From: Callorhinchus milii
Taxonomy: Eukaryota
DNA length: 64,000 bases
Assembly: GCF_018977255.1 (NCBI RefSeq)
Contig: NW_024704743.1
Coordinates: 76,510,001 to 76,574,000 of the forward strand
Direction: 5' to 3'
A model generated the notes under the pieces. That model saw nothing but the letters and a program-made list of their open reading frames with translations, did no database searches and was not told where the DNA came from. The position numbers and the translations under genes are program-made. Below, piece by piece: positions 63,022 through 64,000 of the stretch (position 1 is its first letter; each line of letters starts with the position of its first letter).

Positions 63022-63288
63022 GTACCCAATGACTTGTGTGGTATAAGGGTCAATTTTGTAGTACCTTTTGATATTCATCACTTTAAATGGACCTGCATGT
63101 GATGGAGGTGGATCCCTCATTCCTAATGCAGTTTTCAAAGACTACAGGGGGTGGTTGCTGAATGGAGGTGGTTGTTTGAACAGTTTTGACTGTATATAAA
63201 TGTAATGTTGCTATTGTTGCAGAAAATGATCTTGTATTTGAGAAGATATTTGCACATTGTTTAGTTCTATTTTCTCATTTTCTTCCAG

Positions 63289-63362
63289 GTATTTTGCCTC
63301 AGATTAAAGAAGATGATTTGAACGTGACCATTCTGGTCTCCCCCAACCTGGATGAAATTCCT
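63289..63362 (+). CDS. BBS9: BBS9 coding exon 10 (gene continues beyond window)
   Basis: 74 nt, (G)ILPQIKEDDLNVTILVSPNLDEIP; CAG acceptor; phase-0 donor GTACGT (a second GT lies 4 nt downstream, so the 3' end is less certain). Confidence 0.85.
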
Positions 63363-63461
63363 GTACGTGAGATTCAATAACTAACTAAGGCATTTTATAA
63401 AAAGTAGGAAATGTAACTGGTAATGTGATTGGAGAAATAAAGAGAAAAATTATAAAATGAA

Positions 63462-63702
63462 CAAAACACAAAATACTGCAGATCCTGGAAATCTGAAACA
63501 AAAACAGAGAGAACTGGGAAAACTCAGCAGGTCAGGCAGCACCTATGGAGAAAGAAAAGTGAGTCAATGTATCGGGTCCACGACCCTTCATCAGAACAGA
63601 CCCAGTTCCGATAAAGGGTCGGGGACTCGAAACGTTGACTCACTTTCCTTTCTCCAAAGATGCTGCCTGACCTGCTGAGTTTTCCCAGCTCTCTCTGTTT
63701 TT
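63462..63702. mobile_element. Fold-back Penelope-like-element relic with hammerhead-ribozyme-like cores
   Basis: Inverted arms ~63500-63597 and ~63605-63702; 13-bp direct repeat ATTATAAAATGAA at 63449-63461 and 63703-63715; CTGATGA/stem II/GAAACGTT motifs. Confidence 0.75.
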
Positions 63703-64000
63703 ATTATAAAATGAATATGGGTTTGCAGTCGAAGTACTAAACTGTTATTTCCCACACATGACATAACACACTATGTGTTTGGACATCTGTTGTAGACAAT
63801 GGAAATAGTTCAGCAGCCAGAAGAGACTGAAACCACGTACTGTTTGATAATTAAAATAAAAATATCCCAACTATCTATTTCAATTCAATAGTTCTCATTA
63901 AATCAACCAAAACTAAATCTAAAAAACTAAAGAGTTTGTCTTTGAAATTCATAGTCATAAAAGACTAGGTATTTAGTGAGAAAAGATGCAATAGGCAGGG

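Overview
AT-rich, intron-dominated vertebrate genomic DNA; the repeat content suggests a cartilaginous fish, probably a chimaera-type genome (inference). Two genes lie head-to-head. (1) A complete 9-exon cytosolic 5'-nucleotidase 3A gene (NT5C3A) on the minus strand, CDS 12709->2005, 996 nt, 331 aa. (2) The 5' part of the BBSome gene BBS9 on the plus strand, 10 coding exons from ATG 21401 to 63362 (424 codons), continuing beyond the window. All exons have GT-AG boundaries and consistent phases. Their CpG-rich promoters are only ~1.5 kb apart, and I find no RP9 between them, unlike the human locus. Introns hold ~25 copies of a tRNA-headed SINE with a Deu-like core, two L2 LINE 3'-end families, CR1 relics and older Deu-type SINEs; most listed ORFs are repeat-derived. 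The most notable oddities are a 241-bp fold-back Penelope-like element with two degenerate hammerhead-ribozyme cores and a 13-bp TSD, an NT5C3A substrate pocket mixing IIIA and IIIB residues, a miRNA-sized hairpin beside a TIR-like pair, an intronic cluster of ZNF143-like motifs, and several local duplications or inversions. I see no well-supported wholly new multi-gene system.
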